Notes under the pieces: generated by a model
What the model saw: only the letters and a program-made list of their open reading frames with translations
Databases searched by the model: none
Told to the model about the DNA's origin: nothing
From: Bdellovibrionales bacterium
GTDB lineage: Bacteria; Bdellovibrionota; Bdellovibrionia; Bdellovibrionales; JAMPXM01
DNA: 26,599 nucleotides
Assembly: GCA_043739185.1 (NCBI GenBank)
Contig: JAYUEN010000523.1
Coordinates: forward strand, 1 to 26,599
Direction: 5' to 3'
Part shown: one piece after another, positions 1-9,224 of the stretch
Position numbering within the stretch: the stretch's first letter is position 1
Layout of the letters: every line of letters starts with the position of its first letter
Translations under genes and position numbers: made by a program

Positions 1-67
1 AGGAGGGACTCGAACCCCCAACCGACGGATTTGGAGTCCGTAACTCTACCAATTGAGCTACTACCCT
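1..67 (-). tRNA. tRNA-Trp (CCA), 3' end truncated by the window edge
   Basis: Reverse complement reads AGGGTAG-TA-GCTCAATTGGTAGAGT-T-ACGGA-CTCCAAA-TCCGT-CGGTT-GGGGG-TTCGAGT-CCCTC-CT, with D-arm, CCA anticodon and TTCGA T-loop. It sits directly downstream of tuf. Confidence 0.96.
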
Positions 68-91
68 AGAATCCAAAGAAAAACAAAAATC

Positions 92-121
92 AACCTACAT
101 TAGTTATGTTAAATAAATCAA
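92..121 (-). promoter_or_regulatory. possible sigma70 promoter for tRNA-Trp and downstream genes
   Basis: Minus strand TTGATT-N18-TAGGTT, between the tuf terminator and tRNA-Trp. Confidence 0.35.
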
Positions 122-130
122 GGCCCAAAT

Positions 131-161
131 AAAAAAAGGACCTGCATTTGCAAGTCCTTTT
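131..161 (-). terminator. Rho-independent terminator after tuf
   Basis: Minus strand GGACTTGC-AAAT-GCAGGTCC stem (one G-U pair) followed by T7, about 30 nt after the tuf stop. Confidence 0.85.
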
Positions 162-191
162 AAGTTCAATACTTTAAATTTTATCTAGATC

Positions 192-1385
192 TTACTCTTT
201 GGTGATACCGATAACTACGCCGGCGCCAACAGTACGACCACCTTCGCGAATCGCGAAGCGTAGTTGCTCTTCCATCGCGACGGGAGCGATCAACTCGACT
301 TCCATCTCAACGCGGTCACCTGGCATAACCATTTCAGTGCCTTGCTTCAAAGTCACAACACCTGTTACGTCAGTTGTGCGGAAGTAAAACTGGGGACGGT
401 AACCATTGAAGAATGGAGTGTGACGTCCGCCTTCTTCTTTAGTCAGAATATAAGCTTCAGCTTTGAATTTTTTGTGTGGCTTGATTGTTCCGACAGCCGC
501 CAAAACTTGTCCGCGCTCAACTTCTTCTTTTTTAGTACCGCGAAGTAAACAACCGCAGTTATCTCCTGCTCGGCCTTCATCAAGAAGTTTTCTGAACATT
601 TCAATACCGGTTACCGTGGTTTTTTGAGTGTTCGTGATCCCTACGATTTCAACGTCTTGACCAACTTTAACGATTCCGCGCTCAACCCGGCCAGTAACAA
701 CGGTACCGCGACCAGAGATCGAGAATACGTCTTCAACAGGCATTAAGAAAGGCTTATCAATAGCTCTTTCTGGTTGTGGAATATAACGATCAACTTCTTC
801 CATCAATTTTAAGATCGCCAATTTTCCGAGTTCGCCTTGATCTCCCTCAAGAGCTTTCAATGCAGAACCTTTTACTATTGGAATTTCGTCGCCAGGGAAT
901 TCGTACTTAGAGAGTAACTCTCTCACTTCGAGCTCAACTAGATCAAGAAGTTCAGCATCATCAACCATGTCAACTTTGTTTAAGAAAACCACAATTGAAG
1001 GAACGCCCACTTGACGAGCAAGCAAGATATGCTCACGAGTTTGTGGCATTGGACCGTCAGCAGCTGAAACCACCAAGATTGCGCCATCCATTTGAGCGGC
1101 ACCAGTGATCATGTTTTTCACATAATCGGCGTGGCCTGGACAATCAACGTGTGCGTAGTGACGATTTTTAGTTGAATACTCAACGTGAGAAGTCGAAATC
1201 GTGATTCCGCGCTCTTTCTCTTCTGGAGCTTTATCGATTTGGTCATAAGCCATGGCGGTAGCTCCACCAGATTCAGCAAGGATTTTAGTGATTGCTGCTG
1301 TCAATGATGTTTTACCGTGATCGACGTGGCCGATTGTTCCGATATTACAGTGGGGTTTACTTCGATCAAACTTCTCTTTTGCCAT
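192..1385 (-). CDS. tuf: elongation factor Tu
   Basis: [12 protein letters not shown] start, GHVDHGKT P-loop, [25 protein letters not shown]-terminal [22 protein letters not shown] at 1395-1400. Confidence 0.99.
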   Translation of the reverse strand: MAKEKFDRSKPHCNIGTIGHVDHGKTSLTAAITKILAESGGATAMAYDQIDKAPEEKERGITISTSHVEYSTKNRHYAHVDCPGHADYVKNMITGAAQMDGAILVVSAADGPMPQTREHILLARQVGVPSIVVFLNKVDMVDDAELLDLVELEVRELLSKYEFPGDEIPIVKGSALKALEGDQGELGKLAILKLMEEVDRYIPQPERAIDKPFLMPVEDVFSISGRGTVVTGRVERGIVKVGQDVEIVGITNTQKTTVTGIEMFRKLLDEGRAGDNCGCLLRGTKKEEVERGQVLAAVGTIKPHKKFKAEAYILTKEEGGRHTPFFNGYRPQFYFRTTDVTGVVTLKQGTEMVMPGDRVEMEVELIAPVAMEEQLRFAIREGGRTVGAGVVIGITKE

Positions 1386-1506
1386 TGCTTATGTCCTCCT
1401 GAAGGATTTAATGATTCACTCATTAATAAAATATTATTTTAAAATTTCAATTCTTAAATTCTAAAACCAACTAACTTAAATCAAAACGACCTAAAGTCAA
1501 TAACAA

Positions 1507-1581
1507 TGGAGCCCATGGTGAGAATCGAACCCACGACCTCACCCTTACCAAGGGTGTGCTCTACCACTGAGCCACATGGGC
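1507..1581 (-). tRNA. tRNA-Thr (GGT)
   Basis: Reverse complement GCCCATGTGGCTCAGTGGTAGAGCACACCCTTGGTAAGGGTGAGGTCGTGGGTTCGATTCTCACCATGGGCTCCA forms a full cloverleaf with GGT anticodon and encoded CCA. Confidence 0.98.
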
Positions 1582-1696
1582 AGTATTTTTAGTCAATTGA
1601 CTCATACGCCTTAAAAATCATCAATCGATTGCAACAAGCTGTGTTGAACTTTTTAGGGCCAACGGCAAGGGCAAGTATTCTTGATTTGCGGGACGG

Positions 1697-1725
1697 AGCC
1701 TAGCAGGAGAAAATTTCACCGACAA
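1697..1725 (-). promoter_or_regulatory. sigma70 promoter for tRNA-Thr/tuf
   Basis: Minus strand TTGTCG-N17-TAGGCT with extended -10 TG. Confidence 0.6.
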
Positions 1726-1793
1726 GCAAAATTTGTGGCCTATATTGCGGGTTTTTGCGGCCATATGATTGAATTACGAGCGAGCTTCAGCCT

Positions 1794-1823
1794 TTGACCC
1801 CTCTTGCCCCGCTCTGCTAGGCT
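1794..1823 (+). promoter_or_regulatory. sigma70 promoter for the ABC exporter operon
   Basis: TTGACC-N18-TAGGCT with extended -10 TG. The predicted TSS falls at about 1830-1831, at the GTG. Confidence 0.55.
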
Positions 1824-1830
1824 CAACCAG

Positions 1831-3573
1831 GTGACTGCAATACCTCAGAATCTTATCAAGAATCCACTTTGGTTTTATATCAAAGCAAATCGCAGAGCTT
1901 TCAGCCTCGGAATGTTTTTTCTTATTCTAACCAATACCATTGATGGACTTTATCCCCTGGTTTTAAAAAAGGGTATTGATCAAATTGCTGAAAAAGTTGC
2001 GATTCATGAAATTTTTACGACCGCAGTTTGGTTCTTTTTAATGATGTCAGGCCTTGCCGTGACCCGCTTTTGTTGGCGCACTTTTTTTGGCAAGTATCAC
2101 ACAATGGCAGCCGAAGATTTACGCAACCGCTTGTTTCAGCATCTTGGCCAAATGGGCCCCAATTTTTTTCAAAAGAATTCGGTGGGCGAACTCATGTCGC
2201 TGATTACCAATGACGTTCAATCTTTTCGGCAAGGCATTGGCAGTGGTGTCTTGGTTTTAGTTGATGCCGTTACTATAGTCTGCGTGGTTTTACCCCTAAT
2301 GCTTTATATGAATGTTGGCTGGACACTTAAGACTCTAGTCTTTTTGCCTTTGGTGCCGTTCATAATTTGGCGACTGACTAAACTCATCTTCATAAATTAC
2401 AAGATTCAACAGGACGATCTCTCCGAGCTTTCAGGAGTCTCGCAGGAAATGATTGCAGGCATACGAGTAATAAAAAGCTTTGCGCAAGAGCGCGTAAGAC
2501 TCTCTCTTTACAATCAGGTCAGTAAAAAATATGAAATCAGTTCAAATCGCACGGCCGTTACCGATGCTTTGTTTATGCCGGTTATGGAGTTTGGGGTGGC
2601 TTCAGGAAGTGTCATTTTATTATTTATTGCAGCTCCTGACGTATTATCTGGAGTCGCCAGCATCGGAACGCTTGTGGCCTTTCAGAGATATATTCAGAAA
2701 ATGGTTTGGCCAATGACTGCACTTGGCCTTGGGCTTTCACAATACCAAAAAGCCATGGCATCGTTTTCGAGAATGAAAGATCTCTTTTATCAAAAGACCG
2801 ATATTCCGGATGAAGGAACATTTGAGCTAAAGCACTTTGATCATTTAAGTGTTCGAAATTTGTCCTATCAATATCCTGATAGTACCAGCTGGGCGCTTAA
2901 GAATTTGAATTTTGAAATACACAAGGGTCAAACCATTGGTTTGATTGGTCCCGTAGGGAGCGGTAAATCGACGCTATTGCATTTGCTCAATCGCCTTTAT
3001 CCTGCAGCTCAAGGCTCGATTTTAATCAATGATATTTCGATCGAAGAATATTCGCAATCCTCGCTTCATAAACAGTTGGTATTGGTACCCCAAGAAGCTT
3101 TTTTGTTCAGTGAAAGTATCTTAGACAATGTGGCAATTTCTGAGGGGGACTCTAATTTGGAAGGCGTCCGGGATTGGGCGCGAGTCGTAGATATTGATAA
3201 GGAAATCGAAAAGCTTCCGCAAAAGTTTCACTCTCATCTTGGTGAACGTGGCATCAACTTATCTGGAGGCCAAAAGCAACGCCTCACAATCGCCCGCGGC
3301 CTGATGATTCGTGCGCCCTTTATTATGTTGGATGATTCCTTAAGTGCTGTCGATACCAAAACTGAAAAATCGATTCAGGAGCGTCTTGAAATACCAGGAA
3401 AAGCCAAACAAACCAAACTCATTGTTTCACATCGCCTGACTTCAGTTGAACGGGCCGATCTTATTATTGTGCTCAAAAATGGTGAAATTGAAGCGGTGGG
3501 AAAACATTCTGATCTCTTGAAAACTTCAGAGACCTATTCGCGATTGGCTGAAATACAGGGGGTTCAGCCATGA
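1831..3573 (+). CDS. ABC exporter fused permease/ATPase subunit 1 (MdlA/YheI-like, heterodimeric type IV)
   Basis: N-terminal multi-TM domain, Walker A GPVGSGKS, LSGGQ signature, degenerate Walker B IMLDDS, H-loop SHR. The ORF is open from TTG 1804, but GTG 1831 is preferred because 1804 lies inside the promoter. Confidence 0.93.
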   Translation: MTAIPQNLIKNPLWFYIKANRRAFSLGMFFLILTNTIDGLYPLVLKKGIDQIAEKVAIHEIFTTAVWFFLMMSGLAVTRFCWRTFFGKYHTMAAEDLRNRLFQHLGQMGPNFFQKNSVGELMSLITNDVQSFRQGIGSGVLVLVDAVTIVCVVLPLMLYMNVGWTLKTLVFLPLVPFIIWRLTKLIFINYKIQQDDLSELSGVSQEMIAGIRVIKSFAQERVRLSLYNQVSKKYEISSNRTAVTDALFMPVMEFGVASGSVILLFIAAPDVLSGVASIGTLVAFQRYIQKMVWPMTALGLGLSQYQKAMASFSRMKDLFYQKTDIPDEGTFELKHFDHLSVRNLSYQYPDSTSWALKNLNFEIHKGQTIGLIGPVGSGKSTLLHLLNRLYPAAQGSILINDISIEEYSQSSLHKQLVLVPQEAFLFSESILDNVAISEGDSNLEGVRDWARVVDIDKEIEKLPQKFHSHLGERGINLSGGQKQRLTIARGLMIRAPFIMLDDSLSAVDTKTEKSIQERLEIPGKAKQTKLIVSHRLTSVERADLIIVLKNGEIEAVGKHSDLLKTSETYSRLAEIQGVQP

Positions 3574-5393
3574 GTGATTTCATGAACGAAGACCAAATCA
3601 AAGCTAATATTTCTTATCTACAAATGTTTCGTAAGTTTTGGCCTTACGGAAAACGCAGCCCTTTGCTGTTTTTTGCCACTCTCCTCTCGGTGATTGCCTT
3701 GGCCATTTCGTCACGCCTACTCCCCACTTTAATTGGATATGCGATTGATGAAGGTATTTTAAAGTCCAATCGAACTATCTTGCTCAAGGTTGCTTTCGCA
3801 TTTTTTATTTGCGAAATTATCAAGAGCGTTTCGCATTGGGGATATAACTACTTCTTTCAGAAATTTGGGAATCGGATACTCTATTTTATTCGCGAAGATT
3901 TACTTTGGCATATTCAGAGCCTGACTATGGAGTTTTTCAATAAAACTCCCGCCGGGAGAATCGTCACTCGCACCACCAATGATGTTTCAAATCTGGGTGA
4001 TCTTTTTACAGACGGGGTCATAAACGTCTTTACCGAAACAATAAGCTTACTTTCAATCTTAATTGCGATGTCATTGATTTCGTTCAAATTGACAATTTTA
4101 ACTATGGGGCTTTCACCGCTTTTTATCTGGGTGTCTTTTCGTTTGAGTGATCGCGTGCGCAAAGTTTTACGAGAATCTAAAAAGAAATTGTCGGCGATCA
4201 ACTCTTTTGTGGCCGAAAATATTAGCGGCATTAAGATTATTCAGCTCTATAATCGGCTTTTAAAAAATCAAAATCGCTTTGCTCAATTGTCAGGCGAATA
4301 CCGCGATCTTAATATTCTTTCTATTAAATCTTATGCCCTTTTGCAGCCGGTAATGAATCTTTTTAGTGCGGTCACTTTGAGCTTAGCTCTTTATTATGGT
4401 GGAGTTCTAAGTAAAGAAAACGGTCTGGCTGTTGGTTCACTGGTTGCATTTTTGATGCATGTTCAAGATTTTATTCCTCCCTTGAGAGAGATTTTGGAGA
4501 AATATCAGCAGTTTCAAAACTCACTCACTAGTGCAGAGAGAGTTTTTCAAATGTTTGATGAAAAGCCCGAGTCAACACCAAATGAAAATCTCGTATTGGA
4601 TGATAAAACTAAGGGCGAAATTATTATTCATGGCTTGAATTTTCGCTACTCCCCTGAACTTCCTTTGGTCTTAAAGGATATTAAACTTCGTATAGCTAGC
4701 GGTGAGAGCATTGCAATTGTGGGTCGAACCGGGTCTGGCAAATCGACTTTAATTTCGCTTCTTCAAAAGTTTTATGCGGCTCCCGCTGATACCATTTTTA
4801 TTGATCATAAGCCGCTAGAAAATATCAAGCGAGAGAGTTTGCGAAATAAATTGGGCGTGGTCTTACAAGACAACTTTATCTTTCGAGGTAGCATCCGTGA
4901 TAATATTTCGCTTTGTAGCCCATTTATTAGCGAAGAAGATGTGCTAAGAGCTTGCCAACAAGTTGGCTATGAAACTCTGCTTTTACGTAGCGGACGAAAT
5001 CTAGACTCCATGATTGAAGAGCGTGGGGCAAATTTGTCTGTAGGAGAAAGGCAGCTCTTAGCCTTTGCTCGTATATTGGCATTTCAACCAGATATATTAA
5101 TATTAGATGAAGCGACCGCCAATGTTGATTCTCATTCAGAAAACCTGATTCATCTCGCCACCCAAAAAGTAATCGCAGGGCGCACCAGCCTTATCATTGC
5201 CCACAGGCTTTCAACCATTAAAGATTGTGATCGAATCGTAGTACTCGACCATGGTGAAATTGTAGAGCAAGGAAGTCATGACGAACTACTTGCACGCAGA
5301 GGTCTCTACTATTCCTTAGTCCATTCACATGTCGATTCTTCTCAATTTGCGAGTTCCGAAAAAGAATCATTAGACAAAACTATACGAACTTAA
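3570..5393 (+). CDS. ABC exporter fused permease/ATPase subunit 2 (MdlB/YheH-like)
   Basis: ATGA overlap with the upstream gene. TM domain, GRTGSGKS, degenerate signature LSVGE, ILDEAT, AHRLST. Confidence 0.94.
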   Translation: MSDFMNEDQIKANISYLQMFRKFWPYGKRSPLLFFATLLSVIALAISSRLLPTLIGYAIDEGILKSNRTILLKVAFAFFICEIIKSVSHWGYNYFFQKFGNRILYFIREDLLWHIQSLTMEFFNKTPAGRIVTRTTNDVSNLGDLFTDGVINVFTETISLLSILIAMSLISFKLTILTMGLSPLFIWVSFRLSDRVRKVLRESKKKLSAINSFVAENISGIKIIQLYNRLLKNQNRFAQLSGEYRDLNILSIKSYALLQPVMNLFSAVTLSLALYYGGVLSKENGLAVGSLVAFLMHVQDFIPPLREILEKYQQFQNSLTSAERVFQMFDEKPESTPNENLVLDDKTKGEIIIHGLNFRYSPELPLVLKDIKLRIASGESIAIVGRTGSGKSTLISLLQKFYAAPADTIFIDHKPLENIKRESLRNKLGVVLQDNFIFRGSIRDNISLCSPFISEEDVLRACQQVGYETLLLRSGRNLDSMIEERGANLSVGERQLLAFARILAFQPDILILDEATANVDSHSENLIHLATQKVIAGRTSLIIAHRLSTIKDCDRIVVLDHGEIVEQGSHDELLARRGLYYSLVHSHVDSSQFASSEKESLDKTIRT

Positions 5394-5416
5394 AAATTAG
5401 TGATTCAATCATAGTA

Positions 5417-5851
5417 ATGAATAGCGAAATTCAAAATAAAAGAAGAAAATGGTACCAGAGAAAATATGGTGAGGCATCGAGCTTTCGTAAGGTTTTTACC
5501 TGGTATTTGATCGGAATTTGCCTTTTGTGCTTTATGCTCGGAGTTCTGATTTGTGAATATGTCGATCACAGAATGCTATCCTCAGGAAACGGAATAAACT
5601 CCCCTAGTCTTATTGATTTAACTTTATTGGGCTTATTTTTCGCAGCTTTTCTTTTGGCTGTTTTTATGGGCTTTACAATCAAACACCGGGTATTCGGTCC
5701 CATTCATAGAATTGTAAAACATATGGAAGCTTTTGGCGAAACCGGAGCCACCACAGTGCTGAATTTACGAAAAGATGATTACTTCAAAGACATCGCGGTT
5801 TCATATAACAAAATGCTCACCAGAATTCGCGACTCAGATAAAAAGAGCTAG
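5417..5851 (+). CDS. two-TM membrane protein with a C-terminal HAMP-like domain and no output domain
   Basis: Two hydrophobic helices, then HRVFGPIHRIVKHME...LRKDDYFKDIAVSYNKMLTRI (HAMP pattern), then the stop. Confidence 0.7.
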   Translation: MNSEIQNKRRKWYQRKYGEASSFRKVFTWYLIGICLLCFMLGVLICEYVDHRMLSSGNGINSPSLIDLTLLGLFFAAFLLAVFMGFTIKHRVFGPIHRIVKHMEAFGETGATTVLNLRKDDYFKDIAVSYNKMLTRIRDSDKKS

Positions 5852-5917
5852 CGCTCGCTCTGAACAGCTCATAGCTGCTCAATGAGTTTCAATCTCCGCC
5901 AACTCGACGTTGGCATG

Positions 5918-5951
5918 GAGCGAAATTCAAATAGAGCGAAATTCAAATAGA
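5918..5951. repeat. perfect 16-bp tandem duplication (GAGCGAAATTCAAATA x2 + GA)
   Basis: Read directly in the sequence. It spans the stop codon of the peptidase gene. Confidence 0.9.
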
Positions 5952-6890
5952 ACGCGGAATTGGATCGTGATACCAACACGCTGGGCGCGTCCCGCGATTT
6001 GTAAATCGAGCCTCACAGGCCCCGAACCCTGGGCCAGAGCCAAATCTTTCCCATTCAGATTTTTGGCAAATAGCACCTTGAAAATAGGTATCAAGGCGGC
6101 ATTGCGCATGGGGATGTCCATCGTAAGTTTCTGGCAAAACCGAAGTATCTCGAGTTGCAAAACTGACACTTGGCAAACTATTTAAAGCAGCCAAAACTCG
6201 CGCTAAGCTGAGGCCAGCCATAGACGAGCGCATGCAAATCGCAGCTTGATTTTGATCTGTAGTGAAACTCGCATTGCACTGTACACGAACTTGAAAATCT
6301 ACTGATGCATGTTGCAACCAAGCGAGATTGGTATTCATCTGGCCAAAGACGATTCGAGCGCATTTTGAGGTTGAAAAATAATCAGCTTCGCCTTCATCAG
6401 ATGCCCAGCCTCCGCCGCTTGTGCCGCCATATCTTGGGTAGCCACCAAGATGATGGCCGATCTCGTGGCAAGCCACCAAGATAAATCCTTCTCGCGTAAT
6501 GAGAGGATGACGGGCGAGACCGCCAAACATATGAATCATTCGGACTGGAATCATATTTCCCGAGGTATCTGCAACCTGCCCGATATCAGCAAAGGCATTC
6601 ACGGTATTATCAAGCCAGCGATTCTCAACTTGAAAACGACCGAATCCATATTTCAAAAAAATCGGAGTATAGGTTTGTTGTACAACTTGAAGAATTCGAT
6701 TGAAATCCATTTCGCTCATTTGCCCAGTCGCAAGAATTGGAAAGCGCAAATTATTTGGAGGAAAGAAATCGCAATGCTCACTTGCTTGGGCCGCTGAGCT
6801 CACACTCTTTGGAGTTATTTTTTCTGAATTCGCGGTCATGCTGATTGCGAAAAGTGCGAAAGCAAGAGTTGTTATTTTTATAAACTTCAT
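5943..6890 (-). CDS. secreted zinc metallopeptidase (HEXXH, M48-like gluzincin)
   Basis: Signal peptide, NAFA motif, CHEIGHH zinc motif, downstream EGEADY third ligand, HPxxxxR near the C-terminus, many Cys. GGGGGAG RBS. Confidence 0.75.
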   Translation of the reverse strand: MKFIKITTLAFALFAISMTANSEKITPKSVSSAAQASEHCDFFPPNNLRFPILATGQMSEMDFNRILQVVQQTYTPIFLKYGFGRFQVENRWLDNTVNAFADIGQVADTSGNMIPVRMIHMFGGLARHPLITREGFILVACHEIGHHLGGYPRYGGTSGGGWASDEGEADYFSTSKCARIVFGQMNTNLAWLQHASVDFQVRVQCNASFTTDQNQAAICMRSSMAGLSLARVLAALNSLPSVSFATRDTSVLPETYDGHPHAQCRLDTYFQGAICQKSEWERFGSGPGFGACEARFTNRGTRPACWYHDPIPRSI

Positions 6891-7177
6891 TTCTCCCCCA
6901 GAAAAATTTCAAAAAAATTTGAATGCCTTGAAAACCAGAATGGGCTTGACGCAAATTAGTAAATCAAGTCTAGCTTTACAAGCAAAATGATTTAATTATT
7001 TTTGAAATCGCCCAGGAGCTTAGATTTTTGTATCTGTCTCACTCAACAATTGCCTAGGTTTAATAAAAACTTCATTGCAACTTTGTAAGATCATGATTTG
7101 ACCTAATGTTATCGATAAGCGATTCTTAGCTCGCACGTGGTTAAAATTTTTGCGTTTAACAAGCTTTCGATCAAGGA

Positions 7178-8365
7178 GTGATGGTGAGTAAAGCAATTGG
7201 CTTTTACAAGTTTGTTCTCCCTATCTTTCTTTTTGCTAGCTGGGGAATCGCCGACACTTTTGATGGCGTTCCATTTAGGGGTTTTTCAGATGTTGGCCTT
7301 ACTCATAAAACTGCAGACGATAGTGATTCCTTTCAAATTCACGATATCGATTTTTTCTTGGCAAAACCTTTAGATAATAAAATCAATTTTTTAATGGAAC
7401 TTAATTTTCAACCCGCATATGACGGGGTAGGCATTGATGCTGAGCGGGCCTATGTACAATATGTTGTAAATAACTGGTTCAAAGTGGCCGTCGGCCGCTA
7501 TCATACAGCCCTGGGATATTGGAACGACAACTTTCACCACGGTAGTTACTTGCAGACCTCAGCTTCTCGTCCTGTTATGGAAAGATTTGAGGACAATGGC
7601 GGACTTCTACCTTCCCACCAAACAGGAATCGAGTTTCGCGGCAGTGGCAATGTCGGCGCTGGCAGCTTAGGCTATATCTTTGATATAGGAAATGGTCGCC
7701 CTCCGGTTAAAGACCCTCCGGCATTTTATTACAATTACAATAAAACAAAATCTTTTAACGGATTGATTTTTTACGAAATGGCCAATGGCTTGCGATTCGG
7801 TGCCAATTTTTATGTCAGTGATTTACCCGGTGGATTTACCAAAGATGGCGGCGGCAATTCAACCAGTGTATCTGGACCTAAAGGTAAAGAAGTCATTGGC
7901 GGAGCGCACTTAGTTTATAATTCCCCAGATGTTGAATGCTTTACTGAATTCGAACATATGACCCATACTTATATAGCTGGGACCCACATCATCACTACCA
8001 ACTTAGATGGAACGACAAATGATCTGGGATTAGCTCCTACTACCAATCTTGATTTGCTCTATACTCAAATTGGCTACCACCTAGGTAAATATACGCCTTA
8101 TGCACGTTTTGAGTTGGATCAAACCAGTGATGTTGATGCCTATTTAAATGCACAACCCGAATCTGGAAGTCCCGGGCTACTTGGCACCACCAGAAATTAT
8201 GTGGTTGGTACGCGCTATGAGTTTACCCCAGCTAGTGCTTTAAAATTTGAAGTAACCTATATAAAATCAAACGCTCTACTTGGAGCTCAAATGAGAATCC
8301 CTGGCGCTGATATAAATCTTCATGAAACTGTTATTAGTGAAATCAATTGGTCCTATGGATGGTAG
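7178..8365 (+). CDS. outer-membrane beta-barrel / porin-like protein
   Basis: Signal peptide, amphipathic beta strands, ERAYVQY..FKVAVGRYHTALGYWN motif typical of DcaP/phosphate-porin-like barrels, C-terminal aromatic residue (NWSYGW). AAGGAG RBS; the true start may be 7181 or 7184. Confidence 0.75.
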   Translation: MMVSKAIGFYKFVLPIFLFASWGIADTFDGVPFRGFSDVGLTHKTADDSDSFQIHDIDFFLAKPLDNKINFLMELNFQPAYDGVGIDAERAYVQYVVNNWFKVAVGRYHTALGYWNDNFHHGSYLQTSASRPVMERFEDNGGLLPSHQTGIEFRGSGNVGAGSLGYIFDIGNGRPPVKDPPAFYYNYNKTKSFNGLIFYEMANGLRFGANFYVSDLPGGFTKDGGGNSTSVSGPKGKEVIGGAHLVYNSPDVECFTEFEHMTHTYIAGTHIITTNLDGTTNDLGLAPTTNLDLLYTQIGYHLGKYTPYARFELDQTSDVDAYLNAQPESGSPGLLGTTRNYVVGTRYEFTPASALKFEVTYIKSNALLGAQMRIPGADINLHETVISEINWSYGW

Positions 8366-8366
8366 T

Positions 8367-8879
8367 TTAAAAAATACCCTCTAATGATGTGTTAAAGCCC
8401 TCGAGGCTTTTTCGAAGGTGGCCTTTGCCATCGACTAAAAGCACCTTTCGATCATGCCAAATATGTTCGTCTGTAGTATTGAAATCGAAACCCAAAATTT
8501 TAGCAAAGTCATGAGTTTCGTCCTTGTTTGCTCTTAAAAAATGCCATCGTTTTGATTCGATATGTATTTTTTTCTTGTAATCTGCTAAGCGCTGAATCGT
8601 GTCTTTTTCAGGATCAATGCTAATAAAAAAAATTTCGCCTCGAACAAGTTTTTGATCCATTTTCTTTTCAATTTCTTTGAGCTGCTGAACGACCATGGGA
8701 CAGGTAATTCGACAAGTGGTATACGCCAAGCCGAAAACCAATTCTTCATCTTTAAATTGTTCGAGTTGAAGTTCATGTCCGGACTCATCATGCCAACGAA
8801 TTTTAGAATCGAAAACCGACTGACCTGAGGGCGCAGAGGCCCCTGCTATAATTTGGAAAAAAAGTAAAAAATAAATCAT
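8367..8879 (-). CDS. SCO1/SenC family copper chaperone
   Basis: YTTCRITCP (CxxxC), FISIDPEKDT, WHFL, conserved His in IWHD, N-terminal export signal. Confidence 0.9.
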   Translation of the reverse strand: MIYFLLFFQIIAGASAPSGQSVFDSKIRWHDESGHELQLEQFKDEELVFGLAYTTCRITCPMVVQQLKEIEKKMDQKLVRGEIFFISIDPEKDTIQRLADYKKKIHIESKRWHFLRANKDETHDFAKILGFDFNTTDEHIWHDRKVLLVDGKGHLRKSLEGFNTSLEGIF

Positions 8880-9224
8880 AATCCCTGACTAGAGGCCCGC
8901 TTTTTTTAGCAAAGCCTCTTTAAGATGCATGGATTTTGGACTGCCAATGCCCTTAGCCATTTTACCAATAGATGCAGCCCCGTTAAATAATATCCGACCA
9001 CAGTATTAAATAAATCATCATTGCTAGGACCTTGTGAAGCTTTATATGCGATCTCTTTGCGTAACTCGGCTTATTTACTAATAGGACCTATGATGCCCCT
9101 GTGGGCGGGCTCCAGGTGAGCAAATAGCTTTGAAGGTGAACTCTTGGCAGGCCTATAGAAAAAAAATAAATGGTTGCGGCTTTCCTAACAAGTCCCTTGA
9201 AATAGAAACCTGATTTCAAAGCAC

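Noticed and set aside
199..548. + strand ORFs overlapping tuf
   Set aside because: Antisense shadows of a highly conserved gene. The same applies to the other short ORFs nested in the ABC, peptidase, HD-GYP, SLT and 17670 genes.
1507..1581. tRNA genes as integration sites for an island
   Set aside because: No integrase, transposase or duplicated tRNA 3' end was found in the window.
1831..5393. Degenerate Walker B (DD) and LSVGE signature in the ABC pair
   Set aside because: This is the normal asymmetry of heterodimeric type IV exporters, not a novelty or pseudogenisation.
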